From assembly GCA_035562735.1 (NCBI GenBank), contig DATMWB010000003.1, positions 44,232 to 108,231 on the forward strand: a stretch of 64,000 nt of DNA, given 5' to 3'. Within the stretch, counting starts at the first letter, position 1. Every line of letters starts with the position of its first letter. A program made the position numbers and the translations under genes. The DNA is from Candidatus Methanoperedens sp. (GTDB taxonomy: Bacteria > Patescibacteriota > Microgenomatia > UBA12405). Below are positions 48,889-60,200 of the stretch, one piece after another. Below the pieces are notes generated by a model. The model was given only the letters and a program-made list of their open reading frames with translations, did not search any database and was not told the origin of the DNA.

Positions 48889-49621
48889 ATTATTAACCAT
48901 CAAGAAAAAACGTAGTGGTCGTGATTCTCAAGGACATGTTTCTGTCCGTCACCGCGGTGGTGAGCAAAAACGTTTTCTTCGTCTAATTGACTGGAAAAGA
49001 AATAAGCTCGATGTTAAAGCAAAAGTAATAGCTATTGAATATGATCCTGGTCGCACTGCCGATATTGCCCTTTTATCCTACGAAGATGGTTCCAAATCCT
49101 ACATCTTGGCAAGCGCCAATATGAAAATCAACGATGTTGTTGTCTATTCAGAGTCCGCACCCATCAAAGAAGGTAATAAATTACCCTTAAAATATATTCC
49201 TGTTGGTACCGCTCTTCATTGTTTAGAGTTCCAAGCTGGAAAAGGTGCTCAAATCATTAAATCAGCTGGTTCCGCTGCTTATATTCAATCAATCGATGGG
49301 GAAAAAGTAACCATTAAGCTTCCTTCAGGTGAGCTTCGTCTCTTCCCCGGCTCAGCTTGTGCCACAATTGGTCAAGTTGGAAATGCTAACCATTCAAACG
49401 AAAAATTAGTTAAAGCTGGCGATTCCCGACATCGTGGTTTTAGGCCAAGTGTTCGTGGTGTTGCTCAAAATCCTCATTCACATCCACATGGAGGTGGAGA
49501 GGGTCGATCAAGTATTGGTATGAACCCAAAAACTCCTTGGGGTAAACCAGCAATGGGCAAAAAAACCAGAAAAAGAAAAAAATCTTCAAATAAATTAATT
49601 ATTAAACGTCGTTCAAAATAA
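48878..49621 (+). CDS. rplB: 50S ribosomal protein L2
   Basis: [34 protein letters not shown]. Confidence 0.97.
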   Translation: MKNKLLTIKKKRSGRDSQGHVSVRHRGGEQKRFLRLIDWKRNKLDVKAKVIAIEYDPGRTADIALLSYEDGSKSYILASANMKINDVVVYSESAPIKEGNKLPLKYIPVGTALHCLEFQAGKGAQIIKSAGSAAYIQSIDGEKVTIKLPSGELRLFPGSACATIGQVGNANHSNEKLVKAGDSRHRGFRPSVRGVAQNPHSHPHGGGEGRSSIGMNPKTPWGKPAMGKKTRKRKKSSNKLIIKRRSK

Positions 49622-49622
49622 T

Positions 49623-49898
49623 ATGGCTAGAAGTTCACGAAAAGGTCCATACATTGATGCAAAGTTAATCAAAAAAACTGCAGCTAATACGGACGGATCA
49701 TCTATCAAAACCTATGCCCGTGGTAGCCAGATTTCTCCAGACTTTGTTGGTCATCACTATTCTGTTCACAATGGCCACAAATTTATTGAAGTTTACGTTA
49801 CTGAAGACATGGTTGGTCATCGTTTAGGCGAATTTGCCTTAACTCGCACCTTCAAGGGTCACGGCCGTGTTGTTAAACGTGTTATTGAAAAGACCTAA
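49623..49898 (+). CDS. rpsS: 30S ribosomal protein S19
   Basis: [20 protein letters not shown]. Confidence 0.97.
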   Translation: MARSSRKGPYIDAKLIKKTAANTDGSSIKTYARGSQISPDFVGHHYSVHNGHKFIEVYVTEDMVGHRLGEFALTRTFKGHGRVVKRVIEKT

Positions 49899-49902
49899 AA
49901 AT

Positions 49903-50352
49903 ATGGCAAAAGAAATTGTTAAAAAAACTACTCTAAAAAAAGAAGTTACCAAAAAAGCAACTAATACTCCAGTTGCCGCCACTCCCGTGCTTGTAGCTCC
50001 CGAATACAAAAAATCTGTCTATACCGATAAAAATATCAAAATTTCTCCACGTAAACTTCGTCTTTTAGCCAATTCTATAAAAAAACTAAGTCCAAGTGAA
50101 GCTTCAATAAAGCTTTCTCTCACAAATACAAAAGCCGCTCGCATTTTGACTAGTGCTCTAAAGACGGTTGTATCTGTAGCCAAAAACAACTATAATCTCT
50201 CACCTGAAAGCCTAATCTTCGATTCTATCCAAGTCGATGAAGGTCCAAAAATTAAACGTATGGACAAATCTCATGGTTCCCACTTTTCTCGTGGAATAAT
50301 CATGAAACGTCACAGTCGCTTAATCATAATTGTTAAAGGTCTAGTCAAATAA
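49903..50352 (+). CDS. rplV: 50S ribosomal protein L22 with N-terminal extension
   Basis: ISPRKLRL, VDEGP, KRHS; ATG 49903. Confidence 0.93.
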   Translation: MAKEIVKKTTLKKEVTKKATNTPVAATPVLVAPEYKKSVYTDKNIKISPRKLRLLANSIKKLSPSEASIKLSLTNTKAARILTSALKTVVSVAKNNYNLSPESLIFDSIQVDEGPKIKRMDKSHGSHFSRGIIMKRHSRLIIIVKGLVK

Positions 50353-50355
50353 TCT

Positions 50356-51000
50356 ATGGGTCAAAAAATTAATCCTATTTCTTTTAGACTTAAGACACAC
50401 TCTACTTCACCTGAGTGGATGTCCTCTTGGTTTGCTCAAAAAAGTCGTTACAAAGAACTACTACTTGAAGATTATAAGATTCGCGAAGCTCTCCAAAAAA
50501 GACTCTCTTCAGCTGGTATTGTCTCAATTAGGATTGAAAGATCTGCCAAAAAAATTAAGCTCATCTTAGCCGTAAGCCGCCCAGGTTTAGTTATCGGTCG
50601 TGGTGGTAAAGAATTAGAAAGTGTCAAAAATGAAGTTCAAAAACTATTGACCAAACAAAGCTCAAAAACAAACATCGATATCCAAGTTGAGGAATTCAAA
50701 AATGTAGATTTATCAGCAAAACTTATCGCCGAAAAAATTTCTTACCAATTAGCCAAGCGCATGCCTTATCGTCGAGTTGTCTTGTCAGCGGTCGAGAAAT
50801 CAATGGCTGCCGGTGTCAAAGGGATAAAAGTAATTCTCTCAGGTCGTATCAATGGTGCTGAAATTAGTCGTCGTGAAAAGTTTCACCAGGGCCAAGTTCC
50901 ATTGAGTACCATCAAAGCTCGTGTAGATTATGCCGAAGTACCTTGTTTAACTCGTTCAGGCTACATTGGTGTTAAAGTTTATCTTTGTTTAGCCGTCTAA
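50356..51000 (+). CDS. rpsC: 30S ribosomal protein S3
   Basis: [32 protein letters not shown]. Confidence 0.97.
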   Translation: MGQKINPISFRLKTHSTSPEWMSSWFAQKSRYKELLLEDYKIREALQKRLSSAGIVSIRIERSAKKIKLILAVSRPGLVIGRGGKELESVKNEVQKLLTKQSSKTNIDIQVEEFKNVDLSAKLIAEKISYQLAKRMPYRRVVLSAVEKSMAAGVKGIKVILSGRINGAEISRREKFHQGQVPLSTIKARVDYAEVPCLTRSGYIGVKVYLCLAV

Positions 51001-51004
51001 AAAT

Positions 51005-51409
51005 ATGTTGCAACCATCACGTACAAAATACAGAAAACAATTTCGCGGTCGAATGAGAGGAAATTCTCAAGGTAATTTAGTTGCCTTTGGTGAATATGGC
51101 CTTAAGTCGATGGCTTGTGGTTGGATAACCAGTAACCAAATTGAATCAGCCAGACGCGCTATCGCTCATGCTACCAAAAGAAGTGGTCGCACCTGGATTC
51201 GTATTTTTCCTGATAAACCATTTACTCAAAAAGGGGCAGGTGCTCCCTTGGGTGCCGGTAAGGGAGACGTCAAAGGCTATGTCGCTGTTATTCGACCAGG
51301 TAGAATTTTATTTGAAGTTACCGGTATTACTGAAGCAGCTGCTCATGAGGCCCTTCGTCTTGCTGCCGCCAAATTACCAGTTATAACCAAAGTAGTTAAA
51401 AGAAAATAA
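51005..51409 (+). CDS. rplP: 50S ribosomal protein L16
   Basis: [28 protein letters not shown]. Confidence 0.97.
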   Translation: MLQPSRTKYRKQFRGRMRGNSQGNLVAFGEYGLKSMACGWITSNQIESARRAIAHATKRSGRTWIRIFPDKPFTQKGAGAPLGAGKGDVKGYVAVIRPGRILFEVTGITEAAAHEALRLAAAKLPVITKVVKRK

Positions 51410-51424
51410 TTTACTCTAGAATTT

Positions 51425-51622
51425 ATGAAAAAAACTGATAAAATTGCCTACAAGCAAAAAAGCACTGCCGAACTAAACAAACTTTTGGCGGAACTCAAAA
51501 AAAAGTATATTGAGTCAAAAAGTAAACAGTATTTGGGAAATCAAAAAGACACCTCTGTTTTCAAAAAAATTCAATCAGAAATTGCATTAATTTTGACATT
51601 ACTAAACCAAAATGACAGATAA
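51425..51622 (+). CDS. rpmC: 50S ribosomal protein L29
   Basis: Helical 65 aa protein between rplP and rpsQ; EIA.ILT. Confidence 0.8.
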   Translation: MKKTDKIAYKQKSTAELNKLLAELKKKYIESKSKQYLGNQKDTSVFKKIQSEIALILTLLNQNDR

Positions 51623-51878
51623 AATTAAAGAAACCGGAAAAATATTTACTGGCGTCGTTGTCTCTGACAAAATGACCAACACTATTGTTATCTCTTTGTC
51701 CTACACTTCTCGTCACCCTTTATACAAAAAAATTGTCAAGAAAAATAAAAAAATCTATGCCGATAATAATCTAAACGCCAAAGCAGGTGACACTGTCATG
51801 GTAAAAGAAACTCGTCCTCTTAGTAAACTAAAAAGATTTACCACATTAAAAATTGTTAAAACAGGTTTAACTGACTAA
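51612..51878 (+). CDS. rpsQ: 30S ribosomal protein S17
   Basis: [23 protein letters not shown]. Confidence 0.96.
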   Translation: MTDKIKETGKIFTGVVVSDKMTNTIVISLSYTSRHPLYKKIVKKNKKIYADNNLNAKAGDTVMVKETRPLSKLKRFTTLKIVKTGLTD

Positions 51879-51879
51879 T

Positions 51880-52248
51880 ATGTTACAACTAAGAACTCGA
51901 CTAAAACCAGCTGATAATTGTGGTGCAAAATCACTTGAAATTATGCATATCTACGTTGGATCAAAACACAAACAATGCGGTGTTGGAGATATTGTTTTGG
52001 CCGTAGTCAAAGAAGCCATGCCCAATGGACTTGTTAAAAAGAAAGAGAAAGTTAAAGCTGTAATTGTTCGAACAAAAAAAGAATTGGGTCGACCAGATGG
52101 TTCCTATATCCGTTTTTCCGATAATGCTGCAGTAATTATAGATTCTCAAAAAAATCCTCGAGGAACTCGTATCTTTGGACCTATTGCTCGTGAAATCAAA
52201 GATGCTGGTTTTACCAAAATTGCTTCAATGGCCAAGGAGGTTTATTAA
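51880..52248 (+). CDS. rplN: 50S ribosomal protein L14
   Basis: [29 protein letters not shown]. Confidence 0.97.
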   Translation: MLQLRTRLKPADNCGAKSLEIMHIYVGSKHKQCGVGDIVLAVVKEAMPNGLVKKKEKVKAVIVRTKKELGRPDGSYIRFSDNAAVIIDSQKNPRGTRIFGPIAREIKDAGFTKIASMAKEVY

Positions 52249-52252
52249 AAAT

Positions 52253-52573
52253 ATGAAAATTCAAAAAGGCGATAAAGTAGAAATAATGATTGGTAAAGAC
52301 AAGGGTCGAAATGGTGAAGTTCTCCGTGTTTTTTCTAAAAGCGAAGAAATAGTCATAAAAGGATTAAATATGTTCAAGAAACATATCAAACCAACTCAAG
52401 GCCAAAAAGGTGGTATTGTCGAAAAAGAACGTCCCATAAAAGCCTCAAAAGTAATGCTTATTTGCCCTAGTTGTGGTAAAAAAATTCGAGTAGCCTATTC
52501 CATTGATAAAAACGGTGACAAATCTCGTATTTGTCGAAAATGTAAATCAATAATCATTGCCTCCAAAAAATAA
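52253..52573 (+). CDS. rplX: 50S ribosomal protein L24
   Basis: MKIQKGDKV...GKDKG; CPSC...CRKC; ATG 52253. Confidence 0.95.
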   Translation: MKIQKGDKVEIMIGKDKGRNGEVLRVFSKSEEIVIKGLNMFKKHIKPTQGQKGGIVEKERPIKASKVMLICPSCGKKIRVAYSIDKNGDKSRICRKCKSIIIASKK

Positions 52574-52578
52574 AATAT

Positions 52579-53112
52579 ATGATGTCAACTTACATAAAAG
52601 AAATTAACCAACAATTGGCCAAGGAATTAGGATCAAAAAATCCAAACTCACTTCCAAAATTAAAAAAAGTGGTCATAAACTATCGTGTTTCCGATGGTCG
52701 TGATTCAAAAGAACAGTTAGCTGCCGCCGAAAAAGAATTGATGGCTATAACTGGTCAAAAACCACGTTTAACTACCTCAAAAAAGTCAATTGCTGCATTC
52801 AAATTACGTCAAGGTGAGCCTTTGGCTTACAAGGTTACCCTTCGAGGTACCAGAATGTATGATTTTATCTACAAACTTTTTCACATTGTCTTACCCCGAC
52901 TTCGTGACTTTAAAGGTCTACCTTCAAGTTCTTTTGACAAGGAAGGTAATTATTCTCTAACTATCCACGATCAAACATATTTTTCCGAGGTGGATTTAGA
53001 TGTTATAAACAAAATTCGTTCCGTTCAAGTTACTATGGGTATTTCTGCCTCTTCAATCGAAGAGTCAAAAATGTTATTATCCACCCTAGGTTTTCCATTT
53101 GAGAAAAATTAA
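52579..53112 (+). CDS. rplE: 50S ribosomal protein L5
   Basis: [32 protein letters not shown]. Confidence 0.96.
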   Translation: MMSTYIKEINQQLAKELGSKNPNSLPKLKKVVINYRVSDGRDSKEQLAAAEKELMAITGQKPRLTTSKKSIAAFKLRQGEPLAYKVTLRGTRMYDFIYKLFHIVLPRLRDFKGLPSSSFDKEGNYSLTIHDQTYFSEVDLDVINKIRSVQVTMGISASSIEESKMLLSTLGFPFEKN

Positions 53113-53114
53113 CT

Positions 53115-53300
53115 ATGGCTACAACTGCAAAAATTGTTCGTGAAGCAAAAAAACTAAAGTACTCAAATCGACATCATAATCGATGTCAGCTTTGTGGTAG
53201 ACCTCGATCTTATATTCGTCTATTTGGTCTTTGTCGTTTATGTTTTAGAAAATTAGCCAACACTGGCGCTCTCCCTGGAGTTAAAAGGGCCAGCTGGTAA
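53115..53300 (+). CDS. rpsN: 30S ribosomal protein S14, Zn-binding type
   Basis: RCQLCGRPR...FGLCRLCFR...LPGV..ASW. Confidence 0.96.
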   Translation: MATTAKIVREAKKLKYSNRHHNRCQLCGRPRSYIRLFGLCRLCFRKLANTGALPGVKRASW

Positions 53301-53307
53301 AAAATAT

Positions 53308-53676
53308 ATGATTAACTCTTTATCTTGCGATTTACTTACTAGAATAAAAAATGGCTCTAGAGCTGGACGCAAAAGTATCAACGCTCCACTTTCAAAATAT
53401 TCATTGAGTATTTTAGAACAACTAAAAAAATATGGATTTATCAGTGATTTCACTGTTAACGCAGAAGATAGAATTATCTCCATCGCCAAGCCACACGTAT
53501 TAGACATCGAAATATTTTCACGACCAGGTCGCCGTTTGTACTGTACTTCCACCTCCTTACCTTGGGGAAAAACACCTAAATCATTAATAATTATCTCAAC
53601 CTCCTCCGGTTTGCTCTCTCAAAGAGAAGCCGCTACCAAAAAACTTGGTGGCGAATTAATTGCCGAGATTTGGTAA
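53308..53676 (+). CDS. rpsH: 30S ribosomal protein S8
   Basis: DLLTRIKN, SRPGRRLY, ISTSSG, GGE. Confidence 0.95.
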   Translation: MINSLSCDLLTRIKNGSRAGRKSINAPLSKYSLSILEQLKKYGFISDFTVNAEDRIISIAKPHVLDIEIFSRPGRRLYCTSTSLPWGKTPKSLIIISTSSGLLSQREAATKKLGGELIAEIW

Positions 53677-53682
53677 ACACTT

Positions 53683-54222
53683 ATGTCACGTATTGGTCGA
53701 CAAATCATCATTATCCCAGAAAATGTAACCGTTAAAAACGATTCTTCGGTTATCACTATTACTGGTCCAAAGGGGGTTTTAACTTATACTCTTCCCCTTA
53801 AAATCGAAGTTTCTATTTCCGAAAACAAGCTTGTAGTCTCCCGTCTTTCTGAGGACAAACAAACACGTTCCAATCATGGTTCCGCAAGAGCTCATCTAAA
53901 CAACATGATCAAAGGTGTTGTTGAGCCTTGGATAAAAGAATTAGAAATTCGAGGTACTGGTTACAAAGCTTCTGTTGCTGGCAACAAACTTACCGTTTTA
54001 GCTGGTTATATTCATCCTGTATATATTATCGCCCCAGAGGGTATTATCATTTCCGTTGCCGAAGAAACTAAAATTACTGTTTCTGGATGCAACCGTGAAG
54101 TTGTTGGTCAAGTCGCCAGCAATATTAGAAAAATTAGAACTCCAGAACCCTACAAAGGTAAAGGTATTCGCTATCTAAACGAGTTTATAAAATTAAAAGC
54201 CGGTAAGACCGCAAAAGCCTAA
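53683..54222 (+). CDS. rplF: 50S ribosomal protein L6
   Basis: [20 protein letters not shown]. Confidence 0.97.
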   Translation: MSRIGRQIIIIPENVTVKNDSSVITITGPKGVLTYTLPLKIEVSISENKLVVSRLSEDKQTRSNHGSARAHLNNMIKGVVEPWIKELEIRGTGYKASVAGNKLTVLAGYIHPVYIIAPEGIIISVAEETKITVSGCNREVVGQVASNIRKIRTPEPYKGKGIRYLNEFIKLKAGKTAKA

Positions 54223-54227
54223 ATCAT

Positions 54228-54572
54228 ATGTCAATTGTCAACAATACTAAAATTAGAAGACTTCGAAGAGTACGAGGAAAATTATCACAAAATAAAAGTA
54301 TTCCTCGACTTTCTGTTTTTCGCAGTAATTGTCATATTTGGGCACAAATTATTGATGATAAACACGGTAAAACTTTTGTATCAGCCTCAACAAAAACCGT
54401 AAAAACCAAGGGCACAAAGTCAGAACAAGCTCATGCCGTTGGTGTGGCTTTGGCTTCCCTTGCTACTTCCAAAAAAATAACTTTTGTTAGATTTGATCGT
54501 GGCTCTTATCGTTACCATGGCCGAGTCAAAGCTCTTGCCGAGGGTGCACGTTCAGGAGGTCTAAAATTTTAA
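54228..54572 (+). CDS. rplR: 50S ribosomal protein L18
   Basis: [34 protein letters not shown]. Confidence 0.97.
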   Translation: MSIVNNTKIRRLRRVRGKLSQNKSIPRLSVFRSNCHIWAQIIDDKHGKTFVSASTKTVKTKGTKSEQAHAVGVALASLATSKKITFVRFDRGSYRYHGRVKALAEGARSGGLKF

Positions 54573-54579
54573 AAAAAAT

Positions 54580-55035
54580 ATGTATCAAGACAAAGAAACT
54601 AAAATAATAAGTGAATTTACCGACAAGGTTGTTGAAGTTAAACGCGTTTCCAAAAAGACAAAGGGAGGCAATCAAGTCTCTTTTACAGCCTTAGTTGTTA
54701 CCGGTGACAAGAAAAATCGAGTCGGAGTTGGACATGGTCGTGCAAAAAGTGTTGCTGATGCTATCCAAAAAGCCATAAATCGTGCCCGAAAGACACTAAT
54801 CGAAGTAAACATTGTCAATGGTACTATTCCAGCCTCAGTCAAATTAAAATTCAAAGGCGCTGTTGTGTTAATTCGTCCCGGAAAACAGGGAAGTGGTCTT
54901 ATTGCTGGAGGCCCCGTTCGTTCAGTTGTCGAACTTGCCGGTATCAAAGATATTGTCAGTAAAATAATTGGCTCAAAAAACAAATCAATAAATGTTTGGG
55001 CAACACTCAAAGCTTTAGAAATTCTTAAAAAATAA
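54580..55035 (+). CDS. rpsE: 30S ribosomal protein S5
   Basis: RVSK.TKGG, FTALVV.GD, G.GLIAGG. Confidence 0.97.
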   Translation: MYQDKETKIISEFTDKVVEVKRVSKKTKGGNQVSFTALVVTGDKKNRVGVGHGRAKSVADAIQKAINRARKTLIEVNIVNGTIPASVKLKFKGAVVLIRPGKQGSGLIAGGPVRSVVELAGIKDIVSKIIGSKNKSINVWATLKALEILKK

Positions 55036-55036
55036 T

Positions 55037-55492
55037 ATGGATATCTTGTCAAACTTACAAAAAACTGTTGCCAAAACCGCCAAGCGAGTAGGTCGAGGTA
55101 TTGGATCTGGAGTCGGTGGTCACACTACTGGCCGTGGTGCCAAAGGTGACAATGTTCGTGGTCATGGTAAATTGACTTTTGATGGAACTAAGATTAAAAA
55201 ATCATGGTTAAAGAGATTACCTTTTCTTAGGGGAAAACATCGATTACTACCAAAGGATGATACTTATATAATTTCTCTATCCCAAATTTCTACATGGTTT
55301 AAAAGTGGGGACATGGTTGACAAAAAATCGATTTTTGAAAAAATAAGTCGCACTACAGTACGAGATTTAACCAAAAAAGTTAAAATTCTTTCCACTGGGG
55401 AATTAGACAAAAAATTAACCTTCAAGGGAATTGAACTTTCTAAAAAAACAGTCGCAAAAATCGTTGCTTCTGGTGGTAAGATAGAGTCATGA
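55037..55492 (+). CDS. rplO: 50S ribosomal protein L15
   Basis: [22 protein letters not shown]. Confidence 0.93.
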   Translation: MDILSNLQKTVAKTAKRVGRGIGSGVGGHTTGRGAKGDNVRGHGKLTFDGTKIKKSWLKRLPFLRGKHRLLPKDDTYIISLSQISTWFKSGDMVDKKSIFEKISRTTVRDLTKKVKILSTGELDKKLTFKGIELSKKTVAKIVASGGKIES

Positions 55493-56769
55493 ATTACCTC
55501 TCAAAATCTTTATCTCTCTATTTTGAAGGTCTAAAGACACCACTGCTTCGTAAAAAGATTTTTATAACTCTTGGAATTTTAGTATTTTTCCGCCTAATCG
55601 CTCATATCCCAGTACCAGGTGTCAATTTATCTCTTCTAAAATCATTTTTTGCTCAAAATCAATTTTTATCGTTACTAGATATATTTTCTGGTGGAACATT
55701 AGCCAATTTTTCAATAGCCGCTTTAGGCCTAAATCCCTATATCAATGCTTCTATCATGCTTCAGCTGTTTGGTTTTGTTATTCCCGAATTAAAAGAATTA
55801 CAAAAAGAAGGGGAATATGGTCGTGCCAAAATAAATCAGTACACTAGAATTCTCACTATCCCCCTCTCAATTTTTCAGGCTTTAGCTATGTATGGTATTT
55901 TAAATTCCCAAAATATAATTGGCCAACAATCAATTTTAACTATTATTGCTCTTGTCCTCTCCATGGTTACCGGTACAATGATTATGATATTTCTTGGTGA
56001 GCTAATAAACGAATTTGGAATTGGCAATGGAATTTCGGTTATGATTTTTGCAGGTATTATTTCCCGCCTTCCCATCGCCGCTGTCCAATCACTTAGTCTA
56101 GCCGATTTTTCTAACCCCCAAACTCTCTTTAACTTAATCTTATTTTTGGCCTTAGCTTTTGCCATTGTATTTGCTGTGGTTACGATAGAAGAAGCTGTCT
56201 TTAGAATTCCAATTTCCTATGCAAAAAGAGCTCAAACCACCTATCTTCCCATAAAGGTAAATGTAGCCGGAGTCATGCCAATAATTTTTGCAGTTTCTCT
56301 TGTTTCTATGCCTTCTTTGTTGGGACAATCTCTTAGTCGAGTCAGTAATCCAGCCATTGCCAATTTTGCTAGACATCTCTCAGACGCTTTTAGTAGTACA
56401 AGTGCCACTTATTTAATATTTTATTTTCTTTTAGTTATTGGTTTCACGATATTTTATTCAACTGTCGTCTTTAAACCCAAAGATGTTGCCGAAGAACTTA
56501 GAAAATCAGGCGGTTTTATTCCCGGTATTCGACCAGGGATTGCCACCGAAAAAAGACTCCAATACTTACTCTATCGCGTTGTTTTTATCGGTGCAGTTTT
56601 CTTAGCTCTTATTGCGGTTGTCCCTTCTTTAGTCCAAAACATCACTGGCATCACTTCACTAACAATTGGTGGAACTTCAGTCCTCATTGTCGTCTCCGTT
56701 ATTCTAGAACTCAATCGTAAAATAGAAAATGTTGTTCAAATGTATAATTACGATAAACTAACTTATTAA
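55489..56769 (+). CDS. secY: preprotein translocase SecY
   Basis: [45 protein letters not shown]. Confidence 0.98.
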   Translation: MNYLSKSLSLYFEGLKTPLLRKKIFITLGILVFFRLIAHIPVPGVNLSLLKSFFAQNQFLSLLDIFSGGTLANFSIAALGLNPYINASIMLQLFGFVIPELKELQKEGEYGRAKINQYTRILTIPLSIFQALAMYGILNSQNIIGQQSILTIIALVLSMVTGTMIMIFLGELINEFGIGNGISVMIFAGIISRLPIAAVQSLSLADFSNPQTLFNLILFLALAFAIVFAVVTIEEAVFRIPISYAKRAQTTYLPIKVNVAGVMPIIFAVSLVSMPSLLGQSLSRVSNPAIANFARHLSDAFSSTSATYLIFYFLLVIGFTIFYSTVVFKPKDVAEELRKSGGFIPGIRPGIATEKRLQYLLYRVVFIGAVFLALIAVVPSLVQNITGITSLTIGGTSVLIVVSVILELNRKIENVVQMYNYDKLTY

Positions 56770-56771
56770 AA

Positions 56772-57362
56772 ATGTCATTAAATCTTTTTATAATCGGTCC
56801 AAGTGGTTGTGGTAAATCGACCCAAGCCAAGCTCATTGCAAAAAAATACAATCTCACCCATCTTTCAACCGGCCAACTTCTTCGAGACGAAATAGCAAAT
56901 AAAACAGGCTTTGGTGTTGAAGCAAAAACATATATTGATCAAGGAAAATTAGTTCCCGATGATTTAGTTTTTGACGTTCTAGTAGCCAAATTAAAAACAA
57001 TAGATTATCAAAATTTTATTATTGATGGTTTTCCCCGACTTTTAAATCAAGGTAAAATTGTCGAATATTTTCTTAAAAAACAATCAAGACCTTTTTCTCT
57101 GCTAATTCATTTGACCGTAAGTCTTGCCGAAATTTCTACTCGCCGAGCCAGACTCGGAGATGAGTTTCAAGATAAAGACAGGACCGACAATACTCCTGAA
57201 GCTATTGCCTCACGTCAACAATTCTACGATGACGGTATTACTCCAATTCGTGAATACTTTGAATCAAAGGGATTATTTTTTGATGTTGATGGCAACCGGC
57301 CAGTCGAACCAGTTTTTACCGATATTGTTAACAAAATCGAAATAATTAAAAACAAATTATAA
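56772..57362 (+). CDS. adk: adenylate kinase (short-LID type)
   Basis: GPSGCGKSTQ, HLSTG.LLR, G.LVPD, DGFPR, R.D. Confidence 0.92.
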   Translation: MSLNLFIIGPSGCGKSTQAKLIAKKYNLTHLSTGQLLRDEIANKTGFGVEAKTYIDQGKLVPDDLVFDVLVAKLKTIDYQNFIIDGFPRLLNQGKIVEYFLKKQSRPFSLLIHLTVSLAEISTRRARLGDEFQDKDRTDNTPEAIASRQQFYDDGITPIREYFESKGLFFDVDGNRPVEPVFTDIVNKIEIIKNKL

Positions 57363-57373
57363 ATTTAATCTAA

Positions 57374-57577
57374 ATGAAAGAACCACAAGTAAAAGCAATT
57401 GTCACAGAAGTTCTACCCGACCAACTTTTTCGGGTAAAACTTGAGGACGGTCGTCAAATCGTCTGTTATTTAGCGGGAAAATTAAAAATGCACCATATCC
57501 GCTGTTTGGCTGGAGATACCGTATCTCTAGTCCTATCTCCCGATGGTAATAAAGGTCGTATAACTTATCGTGGTTAA
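57374..57577 (+). CDS. infA: translation initiation factor IF-1
   Basis: EVLP...[18 protein letters not shown]. Confidence 0.95.
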   Translation: MKEPQVKAIVTEVLPDQLFRVKLEDGRQIVCYLAGKLKMHHIRCLAGDTVSLVLSPDGNKGRITYRG

Positions 57578-57603
57578 TCCCCAAAAAAAATGTAATTTAC
57601 TCT

Positions 57604-57632
57604 TTGATATTATTCGAAGTTTAGGTTACAAT
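57604..57632 (+). promoter_or_regulatory. promoter for the rpmJ-alpha operon
   Basis: TTGATA-17 bp-TACAAT. Confidence 0.6.
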
Positions 57633-57649
57633 ACCAAAGTCTAAAGTTT

Positions 57650-57763
57650 ATGAAAGTTAAATCAAGCATAAAACTCCGCTGCAAGAACTGTAAAATCGTC
57701 ATTCGACGGGGTATTAAACGAGTTATTTGTTCTACCAAAAGACACACCCAAAAACAGGGTTAA
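57650..57763 (+). CDS. rpmJ: 50S ribosomal protein L36 (not in the ORF track)
   Basis: Hand translation MKVKSSIKLRCKNCKIVIRRGIKRVICSTKRHTQKQG*. Confidence 0.96.
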   Translation: MKVKSSIKLRCKNCKIVIRRGIKRVICSTKRHTQKQG

Positions 57764-57770
57764 CTTTAAT

Positions 57771-58187
57771 ATGAGAATTTCCGGAATTGAAATCCCCGAC
57801 AACGAAAGAGCCCAAATTGCTCTAACTCGTTTTTACGGTATTGGTCCAAAAAATGTTATCGAATTAGCCAAAAAAGCTGGTATTGAACTTGATACTCGGG
57901 TTAAAACCTTTACTCGTGACAACATTAGCAATCTAATGAAAGCTTTGGAAGAGTTCCAAACAGAAGGTGACCTAAAAAGAGAAATTCGTGAAAATATTGA
58001 TCGTTTAAAAGCAATTAAATGTTACCGTGGTATTCGCCATATTGTTTCTCTCCCTGTACGTGGTCAAAGGACAAAATCTAATTCCCGTACACGCAAGGGT
58101 AAAAAGAAAACAGTTGGTTCTCTTACCAAGGAAGCTTGGGCAAAAATTGAAACCCAGCAAAAAGCTGCTTCAACCGCAAAAAAATAA
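57771..58187 (+). CDS. rpsM: 30S ribosomal protein S13
   Basis: YGIG, EGDL, YRGIRH...LPVRGQRTKSN.RTRKG. Confidence 0.97.
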   Translation: MRISGIEIPDNERAQIALTRFYGIGPKNVIELAKKAGIELDTRVKTFTRDNISNLMKALEEFQTEGDLKREIRENIDRLKAIKCYRGIRHIVSLPVRGQRTKSNSRTRKGKKKTVGSLTKEAWAKIETQQKAASTAKK

Positions 58188-58193
58188 AATCAT

Positions 58194-58619
58194 ATGGCTA
58201 AATCAACCAAAACTGAATCATCTTCACAAAAAGTCAAAGCACCTTCAGTTCGAAAGAAAGTTATCAAAAGTATTTCTGAAGGTAGACTTTATATTCAATC
58301 CACCTTCAACAACACCATTGTCACAGTTACTGATGCCAATGGAAATGCTCTTGCTTGGTCTTCCTCAGGTCAGTGTGGTTTCAAGGGTTCGAGGAAATCA
58401 ACTCCTTTCGCCGCTACCACTGCCATCGAAAAAGCTCTTGATGGTGTCAAACAGTATGGTATTAAAAAATTAGCAGTTTACTTAAAAGGTCCAGGTACAG
58501 GCCGAGACGCCGCACTCCGATTCTTGCGTACAAAGCGAGATTTTGAAGTTGACGTAATTGCCGATGTTACCCCAGTTCCACACAACGGCCCCCGACCTCC
58601 CAAGGCCCGCCGAGTTTAA
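58194..58619 (+). CDS. rpsK: 30S ribosomal protein S11
   Basis: [36 protein letters not shown]. Confidence 0.98.
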   Translation: MAKSTKTESSSQKVKAPSVRKKVIKSISEGRLYIQSTFNNTIVTVTDANGNALAWSSSGQCGFKGSRKSTPFAATTAIEKALDGVKQYGIKKLAVYLKGPGTGRDAALRFLRTKRDFEVDVIADVTPVPHNGPRPPKARRV

Positions 58620-58630
58620 TCTAAACCAAT

Positions 58631-59260
58631 ATGAGAACTACACTAGATACCAAATGTCGTCTTTGTCGAGCAGAGGGCGTTAAGCTCTACCTAAAAGGTG
58701 CTCGTTGTTTTTCACCAAAATGCCCACTAGAAAAAAAAGGCGCTATTAAGCCTGGTATGCACGGTTTGAAAAGAGGTAAAAAACCCACTGATTACGGAAT
58801 TCAACTTCGTGCCAAACAAAAAGCCAAGAGAATTTACGGAGTTATGGAAACTCAGTTCAAAAATTATTACAACGCCGCCAAAAAGCTAAAAGGTTTAGTT
58901 GGTGACAATTTAATGATTCTTTTAGAAAGAAGACTCGACAATGTTGTTTATAATGCTGGTTTGTGTTTATCAAGAAGTCATGCAAAGGAGTTAATCAGTC
59001 ATAAACAAATTCTTGTAAATGATGCTGTCCTCAACATCTCCTCTTATCAAGTTAATGTTGGTGATGTAATTACCTTAAAATCAAAGATAGTTGAAAAGTC
59101 TGGCGATACTTTTAAATATGCCGACAAAGACTTCAAATCCCCAGAATGGATTGATCTCAACAAATCAAAAAATTCTGCTAAAATACTTGCTCTTCCCATT
59201 ATCGATCAAAATCAAAACGGGATCGATGTTAATTTAATCATTGAATATTATTCAAGATAA
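58631..59260 (+). CDS. rpsD: 30S ribosomal protein S4
   Basis: CRLCR.EG..L.LKG.RC, KQK, LERRLDNVVY, IEYYSR. Confidence 0.97.
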   Translation: MRTTLDTKCRLCRAEGVKLYLKGARCFSPKCPLEKKGAIKPGMHGLKRGKKPTDYGIQLRAKQKAKRIYGVMETQFKNYYNAAKKLKGLVGDNLMILLERRLDNVVYNAGLCLSRSHAKELISHKQILVNDAVLNISSYQVNVGDVITLKSKIVEKSGDTFKYADKDFKSPEWIDLNKSKNSAKILALPIIDQNQNGIDVNLIIEYYSR

Positions 59261-59276
59261 CAAAAAGGAGACACTC

Positions 59277-60197
59277 ATGATCGACACCAGCCGATTTCAT
59301 ATCAAAACCATTAAACAAAATGCCAATTATGGCAAATTTGAATTAAGTCCTCTTGTTGGTGGATTAGGCCACACTTTAGGAAATAGTCTTCGACGTATTT
59401 TATTAATCACTATTCCAGGTGCTGCCATTACCCGTATCAAAATAGATGGAGCCACCCATCTTTTTACCACCCTAAACGGTGTTAAAGAAGATTTAGTTGA
59501 AGTTTCTTTAAATCTTAAAAAAGTAAAGTTTACCTACACCAAGGAAGAACCCATTACTCTCGTTTTAGATAAAAAAGGTAAAGGTGTCGTTACTGCTGGA
59601 GATATTGCCGACAATACTGTTTGTAAAGTAGCCAATCCTGATCAAGTTATTGCTACCCTTACTGATGACAAAGCCCATCTAAAAATTGAAATAACTGTTG
59701 AACGTGGTGTTGGTTATACTCTGGCTCGTGAACAAAAAACCGATATCGTTGGCGAAATAATTCTAGATGCAACTTTTACCTCTGTTTTAAAAGCTAATTA
59801 CACTGTTGAACCAACCCGTCTTGGTAAAAAGAGTAATTATGACAAATTAACCATGGAAATTTGGACCGACGGTTCTATTGAACCTATGGCCGCACTTCAA
59901 GCTGCAACCAAAGATTTAATCAATGCCCTTAGCCAAATTGTTGATACTCGTGAATTCGACGACGAGGTCATAACTTTAGATTCAATGCCTATCAACCAAA
60001 TGGCAGAAATCAGTGTTGAAGAAATTGAATTACCTCTTCGAGTTACCAATGCTCTTAAAAAAGCAGGTTATCCTACTATTGACGCCCTAGTCAAAGCTGG
60101 TCGTCCTGATGTTAGCAAGGCAAAAAATGTTGGCGAAAAATCATTAAAAATTATTGATGCTTGGCTTCGAGAAAAAGGCTTTTCTTGGAACAAATAA
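59277..60197 (+). CDS. rpoA: RNA polymerase alpha subunit
   Basis: PL..G.GHTLGNSLRR.LL, GVKED, DKL..EIWTDG, R..NAL, N.G.KSL; SD AAGGAG before ATG 59277. Confidence 0.97.
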   Translation: MIDTSRFHIKTIKQNANYGKFELSPLVGGLGHTLGNSLRRILLITIPGAAITRIKIDGATHLFTTLNGVKEDLVEVSLNLKKVKFTYTKEEPITLVLDKKGKGVVTAGDIADNTVCKVANPDQVIATLTDDKAHLKIEITVERGVGYTLAREQKTDIVGEIILDATFTSVLKANYTVEPTRLGKKSNYDKLTMEIWTDGSIEPMAALQAATKDLINALSQIVDTREFDDEVITLDSMPINQMAEISVEEIELPLRVTNALKKAGYPTIDALVKAGRPDVSKAKNVGEKSLKIIDAWLREKGFSWNK

Positions 60198-60200
60198 AGT